DNA of 64,000 nucleotides, taken from positions 4,224,001 to 4,288,000 of the forward strand of contig OZ220733.1 of NCBI GenBank assembly GCA_965116875.1. Direction: 5' to 3'. Positions within the stretch are counted from its first letter, which is position 1; every line of letters starts with the position of its first letter. The position numbers and the translations under genes are program-made. Source of the stretch: Candidatus Latescibacterota bacterium (GTDB taxonomy: Bacteria > Latescibacterota > UBA2968 > GCA-2709665). Under the pieces are notes generated by a model. That model saw only the letters and a list, made by a program, of their open reading frames with translations. It searched no databases and was not told the DNA's origin. Below are positions 48,494 to 57,351 of the stretch, piece after piece.

Positions 48494-48756
48494 ACACGGA
48501 AAGGAGGTGGTCAAATGATCGAATCGACCAGTGGAGGTGGCTGTAGTTAGGTGCGCTGCCGGGTGCGGGAGAACATCTCGTCTGGTAACGCGCCTGGCGA
48601 ATCTAGACAGCCATCGAAAGACAGGCGATCCGTCGGTTTGACGGGCCCCGGCCACTCGGACGGGGCGCTGTGAGATGGAAGCCGTCTCAAGAGTTGCGCC
48701 GTGAGGAGATGTGGCCGGAGGATCGGCTCCCGAATCGCGGCGCATTTTTCTGTCTT
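48494..48756 (+). ncRNA. Candidate structured RNA with extended SD and micro-ORF
   Basis: Two long GU-rich hairpin domains (48535-48615, 48618-48756) downstream of a consensus promoter. Confidence 0.5.
48515..48550 (+). CDS. Candidate micro-ORF MIESTSGGGCS
   Basis: Preceded by AAAGGAGGTGGTC (48500-48512). Confidence 0.3.
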   Translation: MIESTSGGGCS

Positions 48757-48770
48757 ATAAGGGTTTGTGC

Positions 48771-48799
48771 TTGACAAAATCACGCATGCTCTATATCTT
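48771..48799 (+). promoter_or_regulatory. rplM promoter
   Basis: TTGACA, 17 bp, TATCTT. Confidence 0.65.
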
Positions 48800-48880
48800 C
48801 TGAGGCTTGACAATGCGTGGAATTGTCACGGAGAGGGGGTGAGTTCGAATTCGGCGTCGATGTGGACGCCGTTCGGATTT

Positions 48881-49315
48881 ATGAATACGCCAAGCGCTAA
48901 AAGATCTGACGTCGAACGCAAATGGTTTCTGGCTGATGCCGACGGTAAGGTGCTGGGTCGTTTTGCAAGCGAAGTTGCACGGATCCTGATGGGCAAACAC
49001 AAGCCGTATTATACGTCCCACGTGGATACCGGTGATCATGTCATCGTGGTCAACTCCGACAAGATCATGGTCAAAGGCGCAAATAAGCCCGACCAGAAGC
49101 TTTATACACGATTCAGCGGATATCCTGGAGGTCTGAAAACCAAAACCCTGAAGCGGGCGCTCGAAACGCAGCCGCAGTTCGTGCTGGAACATGCGATACG
49201 GGGAATGTTGCCGCGCACGAAACTCGGGCGGAGGATGATGAAGAAGGTCCGGATTTACACGGGTTCCGATCATCCGCACGACAGTCAGGCGCCCGAAGCG
49301 ATCGACCTTGCTTGA
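48881..49315 (+). CDS. rplM: 50S ribosomal protein L13
   Basis: RKWFLADA, LMGKHKP, DTGDHVIVVN, SGYPGG, GMLP. Confidence 0.97.
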   Translation: MNTPSAKRSDVERKWFLADADGKVLGRFASEVARILMGKHKPYYTSHVDTGDHVIVVNSDKIMVKGANKPDQKLYTRFSGYPGGLKTKTLKRALETQPQFVLEHAIRGMLPRTKLGRRMMKKVRIYTGSDHPHDSQAPEAIDLA

Positions 49316-49328
49316 ATCCCGCCGCATC

Positions 49329-49525
49329 CAACTTCAATACGAAAGAAACAACGGTGCGGCATCGCGACAGCGGCTTCCAGAATGGTATGTAAACGTCGTC
49401 CGGAAGGGCATTTTTTCGGTTCCCGTCCAGCGACTTGGTGTATCCTGGTAATCAGCCTTCTAATCGCCTTTATTAACTTGCACATATTCGAATTTACGTC
49501 CACGAAAACTTACGAATCAAAGTGA
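49329..49525 (-). repeat. MITE-like element family B, degenerate copy in the rplM-rpsI spacer
   Basis: Reverse complement aligns with 57153-57349 (shared GCTGATTACCAGGATACACCA and AATTCGAATATGTG). Confidence 0.8.
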
Positions 49526-49554
49526 AGAATCGTTGAACGAGAGGAGGTAGGGTC

Positions 49555-49947
49555 TTGGCAGAGATCCTTGCTTCTGCCAGAGGCCGGCGCAAGTCGGCCA
49601 CGGCAAACGTGAAGCTGTTTCCCGGATCCGGGGAAATTACCATCAACGGCAGGCCCATTCTGGATTATCTGAAGCGCGAGACGCTGGTGATGATCGTGGA
49701 ACAGCCGCTGACGGTTACGGAAACGACCGGACAATACAACATCGTCGCCAGCGCCAAGGGCGGTGGTCTCAGCGGACAGGCCGGGGCCGTTCGGCTGGGT
49801 ATCGCCCGGGGCCTGCTTGCCCTGAACGATGATCTCAAGACGCCGCTGCGCGAGGCCGGGCTGTTGACCCGCGACGCGCGAGAGGTGGAACGAAAGAAGC
49901 CTGGCCGACCGGGCGCGCGAAAACGGTTCCAGTTTTCCAAACGCTAG
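49555..49947 (+). CDS. rpsI: 30S ribosomal protein S9
   Basis: GRRK, GGGLSGQAGA, LTRDAREVERKK, FQFSKR. Confidence 0.98.
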   Translation: MAEILASARGRRKSATANVKLFPGSGEITINGRPILDYLKRETLVMIVEQPLTVTETTGQYNIVASAKGGGLSGQAGAVRLGIARGLLALNDDLKTPLREAGLLTRDAREVERKKPGRPGARKRFQFSKR

Positions 49948-49997
49948 TCGACTGTTGTTTTGCAATTGGCGTGTTGGGCACGTGGCGACACGCCTAT

Positions 49998-50101
49998 TTC
50001 ACATGTGTCCCGACCTCAGACCCGGTGCCGGTTTCCGGCTGGTCTGCGGAATGACGGTCACAGAGGACGAACCGGGGGTAACAGCTTCAATGGAGGATTG
50101 A
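49998..50101 (+). promoter_or_regulatory. Probable rpsB (S2) 5' leader structure
   Basis: Position, CACA...GGTGCC...GAGG...AACC layout resembling t44/S2 leaders; hairpin GCCGG-TTT-CCGGC. Confidence 0.4.
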
Positions 50102-50866
50102 ATGGCTGTCGTTGAAATGAAAGCCCTGCTGGAGGCAGGTGTCCACTTCGGGCACCAGACCCGCCGCTGGAACCCGAAGATGAAAAAGTTCATCTTCATC
50201 GAACGCAACGGCATTTACATCATTGATCTGCAGAAGACGCTTCGGCAGATCGAGGAAGCCTACCGTGTTATCGGCGAAGCCGTGGAACAGGGCGAACCGA
50301 TCCTTTTCGTGGGGACCAAGAAACAGGCGAAAGACGTCATTCTTCGTGAAGCGAAGCGCTGCGAGATGTTCCACGTTACCGAACGTTGGCTTGGGGGCAT
50401 GCTGACGAATTACCAGACCATTCGTCAGAGCATCCGGCGTCTCGAATCGCTCGATAAGATGGGCGCGGACGGAACCTACGAAAAGTTGACGAAGAAAGAG
50501 GTATTGCGGCTGGAGCGCGAGCGTGAGAAGCTGGAGAGGTCCCTGAGCGGTATCCGAAGTATGGGCCGGCTGCCCGGACTGGTTTTCGTGGTAGACATTA
50601 AGAAGGAAAAGATCGCCGTCCACGAAGCAAGACGACTCAATATACCGGTCGTGGCCATCGTCGACACCAACTGCAATCCGGACGACGTGGACTATCCGAT
50701 TCCCGGCAACGACGACGCCATCCGGTCTATCGGACTCATCACACGCCTGGTCGCCGACGCGGTGCTGGAGGGGCAGAGGATCCAAAGAGAAGGTCCCGAT
50801 CGTTCAGACGACGAACCCCGGAAGCTTGGACCCGAGATTACCGAAATCACCGAAGTCAACGAATGA
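50102..50866 (+). CDS. rpsB: 30S ribosomal protein S2
   Basis: [34 protein letters not shown]. Confidence 0.98.
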   Translation: MAVVEMKALLEAGVHFGHQTRRWNPKMKKFIFIERNGIYIIDLQKTLRQIEEAYRVIGEAVEQGEPILFVGTKKQAKDVILREAKRCEMFHVTERWLGGMLTNYQTIRQSIRRLESLDKMGADGTYEKLTKKEVLRLEREREKLERSLSGIRSMGRLPGLVFVVDIKKEKIAVHEARRLNIPVVAIVDTNCNPDDVDYPIPGNDDAIRSIGLITRLVADAVLEGQRIQREGPDRSDDEPRKLGPEITEITEVNE

Positions 50867-50900
50867 CGTCCGGAAGGCGCTACGCCTGCGGGGAGAACAA

Positions 50901-51500
50901 ATGGCTATTTCTGCGAAGATGGTTCAGGAACTGCGGGCAAAGACCAACGTGGGGATGATGGATTGCAAGAAGGCCCTCGTCGAGAGCGACGGAGATATGG
51001 AGAAGGCCGTTGAGCTGCTGCGGACGCGTGGCGTCGCCAAGGCGGAAGATCGTGCCGGCAGGACGGCGAAGGAAGGTTTGATTGCGTCTTACATTCACAC
51101 CGGCAGCAAGCTCGGCGTGATGCTGGAAGTCAACAGCGAGACCGATTTTGTCGCCAGGACGGACCAGTTCCAGACATTCGCCCGGGACCTTGCAATGCAC
51201 ATTGCCGCCAGCGCGCCGATCGCGGTGAGCCGGGATCAGCTGGAAGAGGCGAACATCGAGCGGGAACGAAGGATCTTCAGGCAGCAGGCGCTGGATGAGG
51301 GCAAGCCCGAGAGGGTTCTCGACCGGATCGTGGAGGGGCGTCTGGAGAAGTATTATCAGGATGTTTGCCTGATGGAACAGCCTTTCGTAAAGGATCCGGA
51401 CAAGACTGTCAGAGACCTGTTGATGGATCTGATCGCCCAGTGCGGCGAAAACGTGACCGTCAGACGGTTCGAGCGGTTCGTCCTCGGAGAGGAGAGCTGA
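50901..51500 (+). CDS. tsf: Elongation factor Ts (short form)
   Basis: GMMDCKKAL, NSETDFVA, AMHIAA; about 199 aa. Confidence 0.97.
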   Translation: MAISAKMVQELRAKTNVGMMDCKKALVESDGDMEKAVELLRTRGVAKAEDRAGRTAKEGLIASYIHTGSKLGVMLEVNSETDFVARTDQFQTFARDLAMHIAASAPIAVSRDQLEEANIERERRIFRQQALDEGKPERVLDRIVEGRLEKYYQDVCLMEQPFVKDPDKTVRDLLMDLIAQCGENVTVRRFERFVLGEES

Positions 51501-51565
51501 GCGCCATCCGTGACGGCGCGGCGAACAGTGCCGGGAGCCCGTTTTTTCACGAAGGGACGAATCAG

Positions 51566-52123
51566 ATGGTCGACGAAATTCTTTCAGAGACCAGGCAATC
51601 GATGACAAGATCCGTGGAAGCGTTTCAGCACGAAATGTCGACGGTTCGTACGGGGCGGGCAAACACGGCATTGCTGGACAATATTCGCGTTGAATACTAC
51701 GGCGCCCAGGTGCCGCTGAACCAGGTCGCGACCATTGGCATACCGGAGCCGAGGCTGATTGTACTTCAGCCGTGGGACAAGAGCGCGATTCCGGCCATCG
51801 AAAAGGCCATCCAGACGTCGAACCTGGGTCTTGCGCCGTCCAGCGACGGGACCGTTATCCGCTTGCCGATACCCCACCTGACGGAGGAACGCCGCACCGA
51901 ACTCGTACGCGTGGTACGCCAGATGGCGGAAGATAGCAAGGTCTCTGTAAGAAATGCCCGGCGGGACGCCAACGAGATGTTGAAAGACGGTCAGAAAGAG
52001 GGCGAGATACCTGAAGACGACTCCAGAAAGGGTCAGGACCAGGTGCAGAAGCTGACCGACGATTTCGTGGAGGAAATCGACAAGCTGCTGGTGCGGAAGG
52101 AAGAGGAGATTATGGAGGTCTGA
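51566..52123 (+). CDS. frr: Ribosome recycling factor
   Basis: VRTGRA, YYG, LTEERR, VRNARRDA. Confidence 0.97.
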   Translation: MVDEILSETRQSMTRSVEAFQHEMSTVRTGRANTALLDNIRVEYYGAQVPLNQVATIGIPEPRLIVLQPWDKSAIPAIEKAIQTSNLGLAPSSDGTVIRLPIPHLTEERRTELVRVVRQMAEDSKVSVRNARRDANEMLKDGQKEGEIPEDDSRKGQDQVQKLTDDFVEEIDKLLVRKEEEIMEV

Positions 52124-52257
52124 GTCCCCTATCAGTCCGCCGCCAATCGCTGCTTTCCGGTCTTCCGAAGGTGGCGGTTTTTGTTTGCGCGTAAAGGGCG
52201 ATTCGGTTTCGGGACCGGAACCCCGAGAATCTCTGAAAGGAATGCTCGGTAACCCAG

Positions 52258-53130
52258 GTGCTCATGGGCTTTGTGGGTGACTTGCACGGGCGTGTGCTTC
52301 ATGCGCTCGCCCTGATTGTTACGTGGCAGAAACGAAACGGCCGGCGTTTCGACCTGCTGATCCAGGTAGGGGACATGGGGGCCTTTCCGGACATGTCCAA
52401 CCTCGAACGGACCGCCAATCGTCACTTCGCCACGGATCCTTCGCAACGCGACTTCGTTCGCCTGATGCAAGCTGACGCCGGTCTGGCAGAGGCGTTGTCG
52501 TCGCTGGGTCGATTCATTGGTACGCCGGTCCATTTCATTCGCGGCAATCACGAAGATTTCGAATGGCTGGAAGACCTGCCGCGGGATCCGGTTTCCGGTA
52601 CAGCGACAGTCGATCGTTTCGGGCTGTTGCGTTACGTACCGGACGGCACACTGATGACGTTCGGCGGGCTGCGAATTGCCTTCCTCGGCGGCGTCGGGGA
52701 ACGGAATGATGCGGCAGGAATAGATCGGGGAACATATGAAGCGCTGTTGGCCCGGGAACCTGGAAGTATCGACGTACTTGTGACCCATCAGGGTCCGTAC
52801 GGCAGCAGCACCGGATTCAGCGGCGACATTCACGGATCGCAGATGATTTCTCAACTGATCGAGAGGATCCGTCCGTCATATCATGTGGCCGGTCACGCCC
52901 ATGTCCTCTCCGGGCCCACCCGGTATGGCCAGACGACGTATCTTGGACTCGACGGAATTGTGGCCCCTACGCTGTATCACCCTGATGCGCGAGGATTTCA
53001 GCCCGGCAGTCTCGGCGTCCTGGATACCTGCCACGGCAAGCTGGAGCCGGTTGCCGACGATTGGCTTGCCGAGTTCAAAACGCCGTTCGATTTTCGCGAT
53101 TGGTTCGACGGGTTTCGGGCCGCTTCCTGA
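52258..53130 (+). CDS. Calcineurin-like metallophosphoesterase
   Basis: GDLHG, VGD, GNHE, THQ, GHAH. Confidence 0.85.
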   Translation: MLMGFVGDLHGRVLHALALIVTWQKRNGRRFDLLIQVGDMGAFPDMSNLERTANRHFATDPSQRDFVRLMQADAGLAEALSSLGRFIGTPVHFIRGNHEDFEWLEDLPRDPVSGTATVDRFGLLRYVPDGTLMTFGGLRIAFLGGVGERNDAAGIDRGTYEALLAREPGSIDVLVTHQGPYGSSTGFSGDIHGSQMISQLIERIRPSYHVAGHAHVLSGPTRYGQTTYLGLDGIVAPTLYHPDARGFQPGSLGVLDTCHGKLEPVADDWLAEFKTPFDFRDWFDGFRAAS

Positions 53131-53141
53131 CGATTCACAAT

Positions 53142-53876
53142 ATGCTATCTTTGACGGTGATCGCGATCGTTTTTGTGGCGGCGCTGGTCCATTCGACGCT
53201 CGGGTTCGGGACGGCCCTGGTGGCGATGCCGATGCTGGTGATGGTCCTGGATGCCAGGGTGGCGACGCCATTGGTCGCGCTGACGATGCTGACGACAATC
53301 GCCCTGCTTCTGGCCGGGTCCTGGCGGGAGCTGGACGTCAGGTCCGCTTTGCACCTGCTCGCAGCATCCATTCCTGGGATTCCCGTGGGTCTGATGATCC
53401 TGCGTTTTGTTCCCCAGGATGGCTTCAAGGCCGGGCTGGGCATCCTGCTCATCGCCGTGGGTCTCTATAACTTGCGTTCGTCCGTAATGCCGAGGCTGGA
53501 ACATATCGGTTGGGCCCACGTGTTCGGTTTCGTGTCCGGCGTACTCGGCGGCGCGTATAACGTCAATGCGGCGCCGGTGGCCGTTTACGGGATCATGCGG
53601 CGTTGGCCGCCGGAACACTTCAGAGCGACGCTGCAGGGGTATTTTTTCCCGTCGACCTTGCTTATTGTGGCCAGCCACGGATTGGCCGGACTCTGGACGG
53701 GGGACGTATTCGGATTCTATCTGCCAGCCGTTCCCGCCGTCATTCTAGCCGTTCTGCTTGGCCGTTTCATCGGCGCGCGAATTGCACCCGATCGATTTCA
53801 GCGTGTTCTGTACATGGCCCTGTTGGCGTTCGGGGTGATGCTCCTGTTGTCGCCCTTATTGGCGACCGTCAATTGA
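53142..53876 (+). CDS. Sulfite exporter TauE/SafE family membrane protein
   Basis: GFGTAL..P, G..SGVLGGAY...AP, FRATLQGYF. Confidence 0.88.
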   Translation: MLSLTVIAIVFVAALVHSTLGFGTALVAMPMLVMVLDARVATPLVALTMLTTIALLLAGSWRELDVRSALHLLAASIPGIPVGLMILRFVPQDGFKAGLGILLIAVGLYNLRSSVMPRLEHIGWAHVFGFVSGVLGGAYNVNAAPVAVYGIMRRWPPEHFRATLQGYFFPSTLLIVASHGLAGLWTGDVFGFYLPAVPAVILAVLLGRFIGARIAPDRFQRVLYMALLAFGVMLLLSPLLATVN

Positions 53877-53903
53877 CCCATCGCGAAGTACATATTTCCG
53901 TTG

Positions 53904-54032
53904 ATTCGCGCTTTTTGGTTTTTTCGCAGTCTCGCAGCTTTCACGCCTTTCGTATTTTTCGAAGTTCGTAGTCTCGTATACTCGTAGTTTCGTGCCTTTT
54001 GTTTTTTTCGTAGTCTCTTGCCTTTCGCAGTT
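53904..54032. repeat. Degenerate TCGYMKTY-type tandem repeat
   Basis: TCGCAGTC, TCGTAGTC, TCGTAGTT units as in 24912-25163. Confidence 0.7.
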
Positions 54033-54053
54033 GATTTCGGAAAGGAGAGTATA

Positions 54054-54416
54054 GTGAACGCTACAGAACCCATGGTCGTCCATTATGTCGAGGACATGGA
54101 AAAGGCGTTGCCTTTTTACCGCGACGTCATCGGGCTGAAGGTGGAGTTCGAATCGACGGGATGGAGTACGCTGCGCTGCGGAGGATGCATTGTGGCGCTG
54201 CACATCCTTTCCCCGGGGATGAGCGAAGGCGCGGTCGCCCACGCGGGGTTGAATCTCCACGTGGACGACCTCGATGCGGCGGTGAAGGAAGTCGCGGCCG
54301 GTGGAGGAGAGGTCAGAAACGTCCGGGAGGCCGGGGGCGGCATACCCGTGCGAATTGCCGTCATCGCCGATCCGGCAGGCAACGTCTTCGAACTCCGCCA
54401 GTACGTCGGCGACTGA
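54054..54416 (+). CDS. VOC (glyoxalase/bleomycin resistance) family protein
   Basis: FYRDVIGL, VDDLDA, DPAGNVFEL; AAGGAG RBS. Confidence 0.88.
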   Translation: MNATEPMVVHYVEDMEKALPFYRDVIGLKVEFESTGWSTLRCGGCIVALHILSPGMSEGAVAHAGLNLHVDDLDAAVKEVAAGGGEVRNVREAGGGIPVRIAVIADPAGNVFELRQYVGD

Positions 54417-54450
54417 ATCCGGAACCACTCCCCCCGCCCGCCCGATCACC

Positions 54451-54616
54451 GGGTGAGACGTAAGACGGGAGAGGGGAGAGATTGACTGCCTCGTGAGGAT
54501 TCTTTTCGTGCCGAAGGAGATGAGGTTAGACATACCTGGCAAGGGCTTCTTCTACCGTCTACCCTCTTCCGTCTCCCCGCATTTCTTCTACCGTCTACCG
54601 GCTCCCGTCTACCCGT
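54451..54616. repeat. Heptamer-like repeats in inverted arrangement
   Basis: GAGACGT/AAGACGG purine arm (54451-54480) and CTACCGT/CTCCCGT pyrimidine arm (54551-54616). Confidence 0.55.
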
Positions 54617-54691
54617 ATTCAGGCTCTACGTGGCCAATTGAGAGGTTGCCTTTTTTTTAATCGAGTATAACCACTTGAAGGAGGTCTCTCC

Positions 54692-55219
54692 GTGAAGAAC
54701 TGTATACTCGCCGTCGTTCTGTCCGCCGTTGTCCTGTTCGTCTGGGGGTATGTCTCGTGGACGATACTGCCCTGGCACAATGCGGTAGCGAACAAATTCG
54801 CGGATGAATCGGCTGTTGCATCGGTCCTCAAGGAACACGCGCCTTCCGCCGGAATCTATTATCTTCCGTTTGCGCAGGAGGACCTCAAACCGGGCGCCGT
54901 ATTCGCAATGGCGAACGTCTTGCCCGACGGCGTTGAATCGGGCATGGGAGGGATGATGGTCCTGGCCCTGCTCGGGCAGGCGGTCTCCGCGCTGCTCGTC
55001 CTTCTTCTTCTGTGCAAAACGTCGAACCTGGATTACTGGGGGCGGGTTCGTTTCGTGGCGCTCGCGGGCGTGGCCATCGGATTCGTAAGCCACTTTCCTT
55101 ATTGGAACTGGTTCGGCTTCTCCACGTCGTACACGCTCGTCATTATCCTGGATACGCTGATCGCATGGACGCTTGCCGGACTGGTCCTTGCGAGATTCGT
55201 CGAAGGGAAATCAGAGTAG
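54692..55219 (+). CDS. Hypothetical membrane protein
   Basis: AAGGAGG RBS; about four TM segments; GIYYLP and WNWFGF motifs. Confidence 0.8.
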   Translation: MKNCILAVVLSAVVLFVWGYVSWTILPWHNAVANKFADESAVASVLKEHAPSAGIYYLPFAQEDLKPGAVFAMANVLPDGVESGMGGMMVLALLGQAVSALLVLLLLCKTSNLDYWGRVRFVALAGVAIGFVSHFPYWNWFGFSTSYTLVIILDTLIAWTLAGLVLARFVEGKSE

Positions 55220-55265
55220 ATCGTTGCTGCAAATGAGGTGTCGAGTGGCTCCACAACAATCCGGA

Positions 55266-56144
55266 ATGTCATCGCAGGCGCACAGGGCCAGCAGAACGGC
55301 CAACCTGGCTGCATGCGTGCGCGCGTATCACTGCCGCTGGCACCCGGCGCCGATCTTCTCCGACACCTACGCTTTCGCGATGATATCGGGTTTCTGGCGG
55401 GCGATTGCCAGGCATCGTTTGTCCAGCTGGATAACCGTTCACACGCTTTTCCGCGCATTCCGACCCATACACACCGAAATCATCCTGCGTTCCCGGTATG
55501 CCGAAGACCGTCTCAGGGACGCTGTGCGCGCGGGCGTTGCGCAGTACGTCATTCTCGGGGCCGGACTCGATACGTATTCCATGCGCCAGGATGAGGGTTC
55601 GGACGGGTTGCGGATATTTGAGCTGGATCATCCCGCAACCCAGGAAATGAAGCGCTCACGGGTGCTGGATGTGTATGGCAGGATTCCGGCCAATCTGGTG
55701 TTCGTTCCCATCGACTTCGAAACCGATCGCCTCGACGAAGCGCTCGCGAAGGCCGGATTCGATCCTCACACGCCATCGTTTTTTTCCTGGCTGGGTACGA
55801 CCTATTATCTCTCCAAAGACGCGATACACGAGACGCTGGATCGTGTCTCCGGCGTTGTTGCTTCGGGAAGCCGCATGGTTCTGGACTATAAGCTTGACAG
55901 GGATCTCGTTCCTGTGGAGAGCCTCCCGTTCGCTGACAAGCTGGACCGCTTTGTGGCGCGGCGAGGAGAGCCGATGCTCTCCACGTTCACGCCGGAGGAG
56001 TTGAAAGACGTGATGTCCGGGTTCGGTTTTGCGCATCTGGAAAACCTCCCGGCCGGCGAGCAGAAACGCCGGTACCTGAACGAGAGATCCGGTCTGGTGG
56101 ATCCGGCGCCGAACTTCTCATTCGCCTTATATGGCGTGCCTTGA
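55266..56144 (+). CDS. SAM-dependent methyltransferase (LCM-like)
   Basis: QYVILGAGLDT, FELDHPATQ, FSWLGTTYYL. Confidence 0.9.
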   Translation: MSSQAHRASRTANLAACVRAYHCRWHPAPIFSDTYAFAMISGFWRAIARHRLSSWITVHTLFRAFRPIHTEIILRSRYAEDRLRDAVRAGVAQYVILGAGLDTYSMRQDEGSDGLRIFELDHPATQEMKRSRVLDVYGRIPANLVFVPIDFETDRLDEALAKAGFDPHTPSFFSWLGTTYYLSKDAIHETLDRVSGVVASGSRMVLDYKLDRDLVPVESLPFADKLDRFVARRGEPMLSTFTPEELKDVMSGFGFAHLENLPAGEQKRRYLNERSGLVDPAPNFSFALYGVP

Positions 56145-56193
56145 CCTGAAGGTCGGGCGACACTGACATTACTTGTCGTCCCGATAACGGATT

Positions 56194-56679
56194 GTGAACC
56201 CGAAACGAAGAGACTGGAAATTGACTGACACAAAGCGACGAATCGGCAAAGTCAGCTTACGCCAGGGTCTCCTGTTGATCTTCGTCCTGGGAAGTGTCGG
56301 CCTGGGCGCTGAGTTGTTGCTGTTGGAGCATTTCAAGGAGTGGCGGCAACAGGTGCCCCTGGCGCTTCTGGTATTGGGTCTCATTTTGCTGGCGGTCCAT
56401 CTGGTCTATAAGGGGCCCGTTGTCCTGCGGTTGTTCCGGCTGATGATGCTGGAGTTTGTCCTCGGCGGGATCGTGGGTGTCTGGATTCACTTCGACGCGA
56501 ACCTGGATTTTGAATTGGAGATGTATTCGAAATTGAGCGGCTGGGATCTGATATCCAGATCTGCGCACGGCGCCCTCCCGGTCCTGGCGCCCGGCGCCCT
56601 CATTCAGCTTGGTCTCATCGGCTTGCTATATACCTACCGGCATCCGGGTCCGGGCTTGGGACAACCTGAATCGGATTAG
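56194..56679 (+). CDS. Hypothetical membrane protein
   Basis: ELLLLEH, NLDFELEM, PVLAPG motifs; about four TM segments. Confidence 0.75.
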   Translation: MNPKRRDWKLTDTKRRIGKVSLRQGLLLIFVLGSVGLGAELLLLEHFKEWRQQVPLALLVLGLILLAVHLVYKGPVVLRLFRLMMLEFVLGGIVGVWIHFDANLDFELEMYSKLSGWDLISRSAHGALPVLAPGALIQLGLIGLLYTYRHPGPGLGQPESD

Positions 56680-56764
56680 CGAATTCAGGGAGCATGCGCT
56701 AAGCATGACCTCCCTCAGGTCCGCGGAAGTCCGATCTCCGGACCGAAAACCGGGTAATAGCAAA

Positions 56765-56801
56765 GAGCGGCGCGCCTTCCGGCGAATGCGCCGCTCCTTT
56801 T
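56765..56801 (+). terminator. Hairpin + T tract
   Basis: GAGCGGCGC...GCGCCGCTC-CTTTT. Confidence 0.5.
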
Positions 56802-56920
56802 CATGTACTGCTGGCGGTTGTCGGCAATTGAGAGTCTCTGAAGATACCATCGCGTGGCTTCGCTTTGTTCAGCCGTAACCGAACCGATGGGAATCAACGC
56901 GCGAGCCCGTTCGAAGGTTC

Positions 56921-57080
56921 GATCACTCCCCCCTTGAGGGGGAGTCGCAGAAGCCGAGCCCGCCCCCTGAGCCTTGTCCTGCTTGTGCTGCTTGCACTGA
57001 GCCTGTCGAAGTGGCCTGTCGAAGCAAGCTTTTCGAAGGATTGTCGAAGGGCGGGCGACGGCTGATGCGGTGGGGGGATT
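56921..57080. repeat. REP-like mosaic
   Basis: CTCCCCCCTTGAGGGGGAG palindrome plus repeated CTGAGCCTGTCGAAG-type motifs; same motif at 44587-44604. Confidence 0.6.
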
Positions 57081-57152
57081 ACGACACCATACCGTATGCA
57101 TGCAACATAGTCAGACATATACGCATATTGCGGTGAGATGTTGTTGTAGGAT

Positions 57153-57349
57153 CTAACCTTGATTCCTCATTTTTCGGGGACGTTAATTCGAATATGTGTC
57201 AGTTAAAAAAGCGATTTAACTGCTGATTACCAGGATACACCAGGACACTGTACGTGAACGGAAGAAATGTCCTTCATGACGACCATTTCGGCCCATTTCG
57301 AAAGGTTTCGTCGCGGTGCCGCGTTGCGGCTTTCGCGGAATTGAGGCTA
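57153..57349 (+). repeat. MITE-like element family B (about 197 bp)
   Basis: Ends TAACCTTGATTCC...GGAATTGAGGCTA (10/13 IR); homologous to 49329-49525. Confidence 0.8.
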
Positions 57350-57351
57350 AT

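Noticed and set aside
48515-48673. Amber read-through (pyrrolysine) of the micro-ORF
   Set aside because: The extended peptide looks non-coding and no pyl genes are in the window
48494-48756. tmRNA, RNase P, SRP, tRNA or a 16S rRNA fragment
   Set aside because: No tRNA-like ends or CCA, no GAGGAAAGTCC, no CAGG..GNAA..AGCAG; 16S complementarity stops after 13 nt. 6S RNA is not fully excluded
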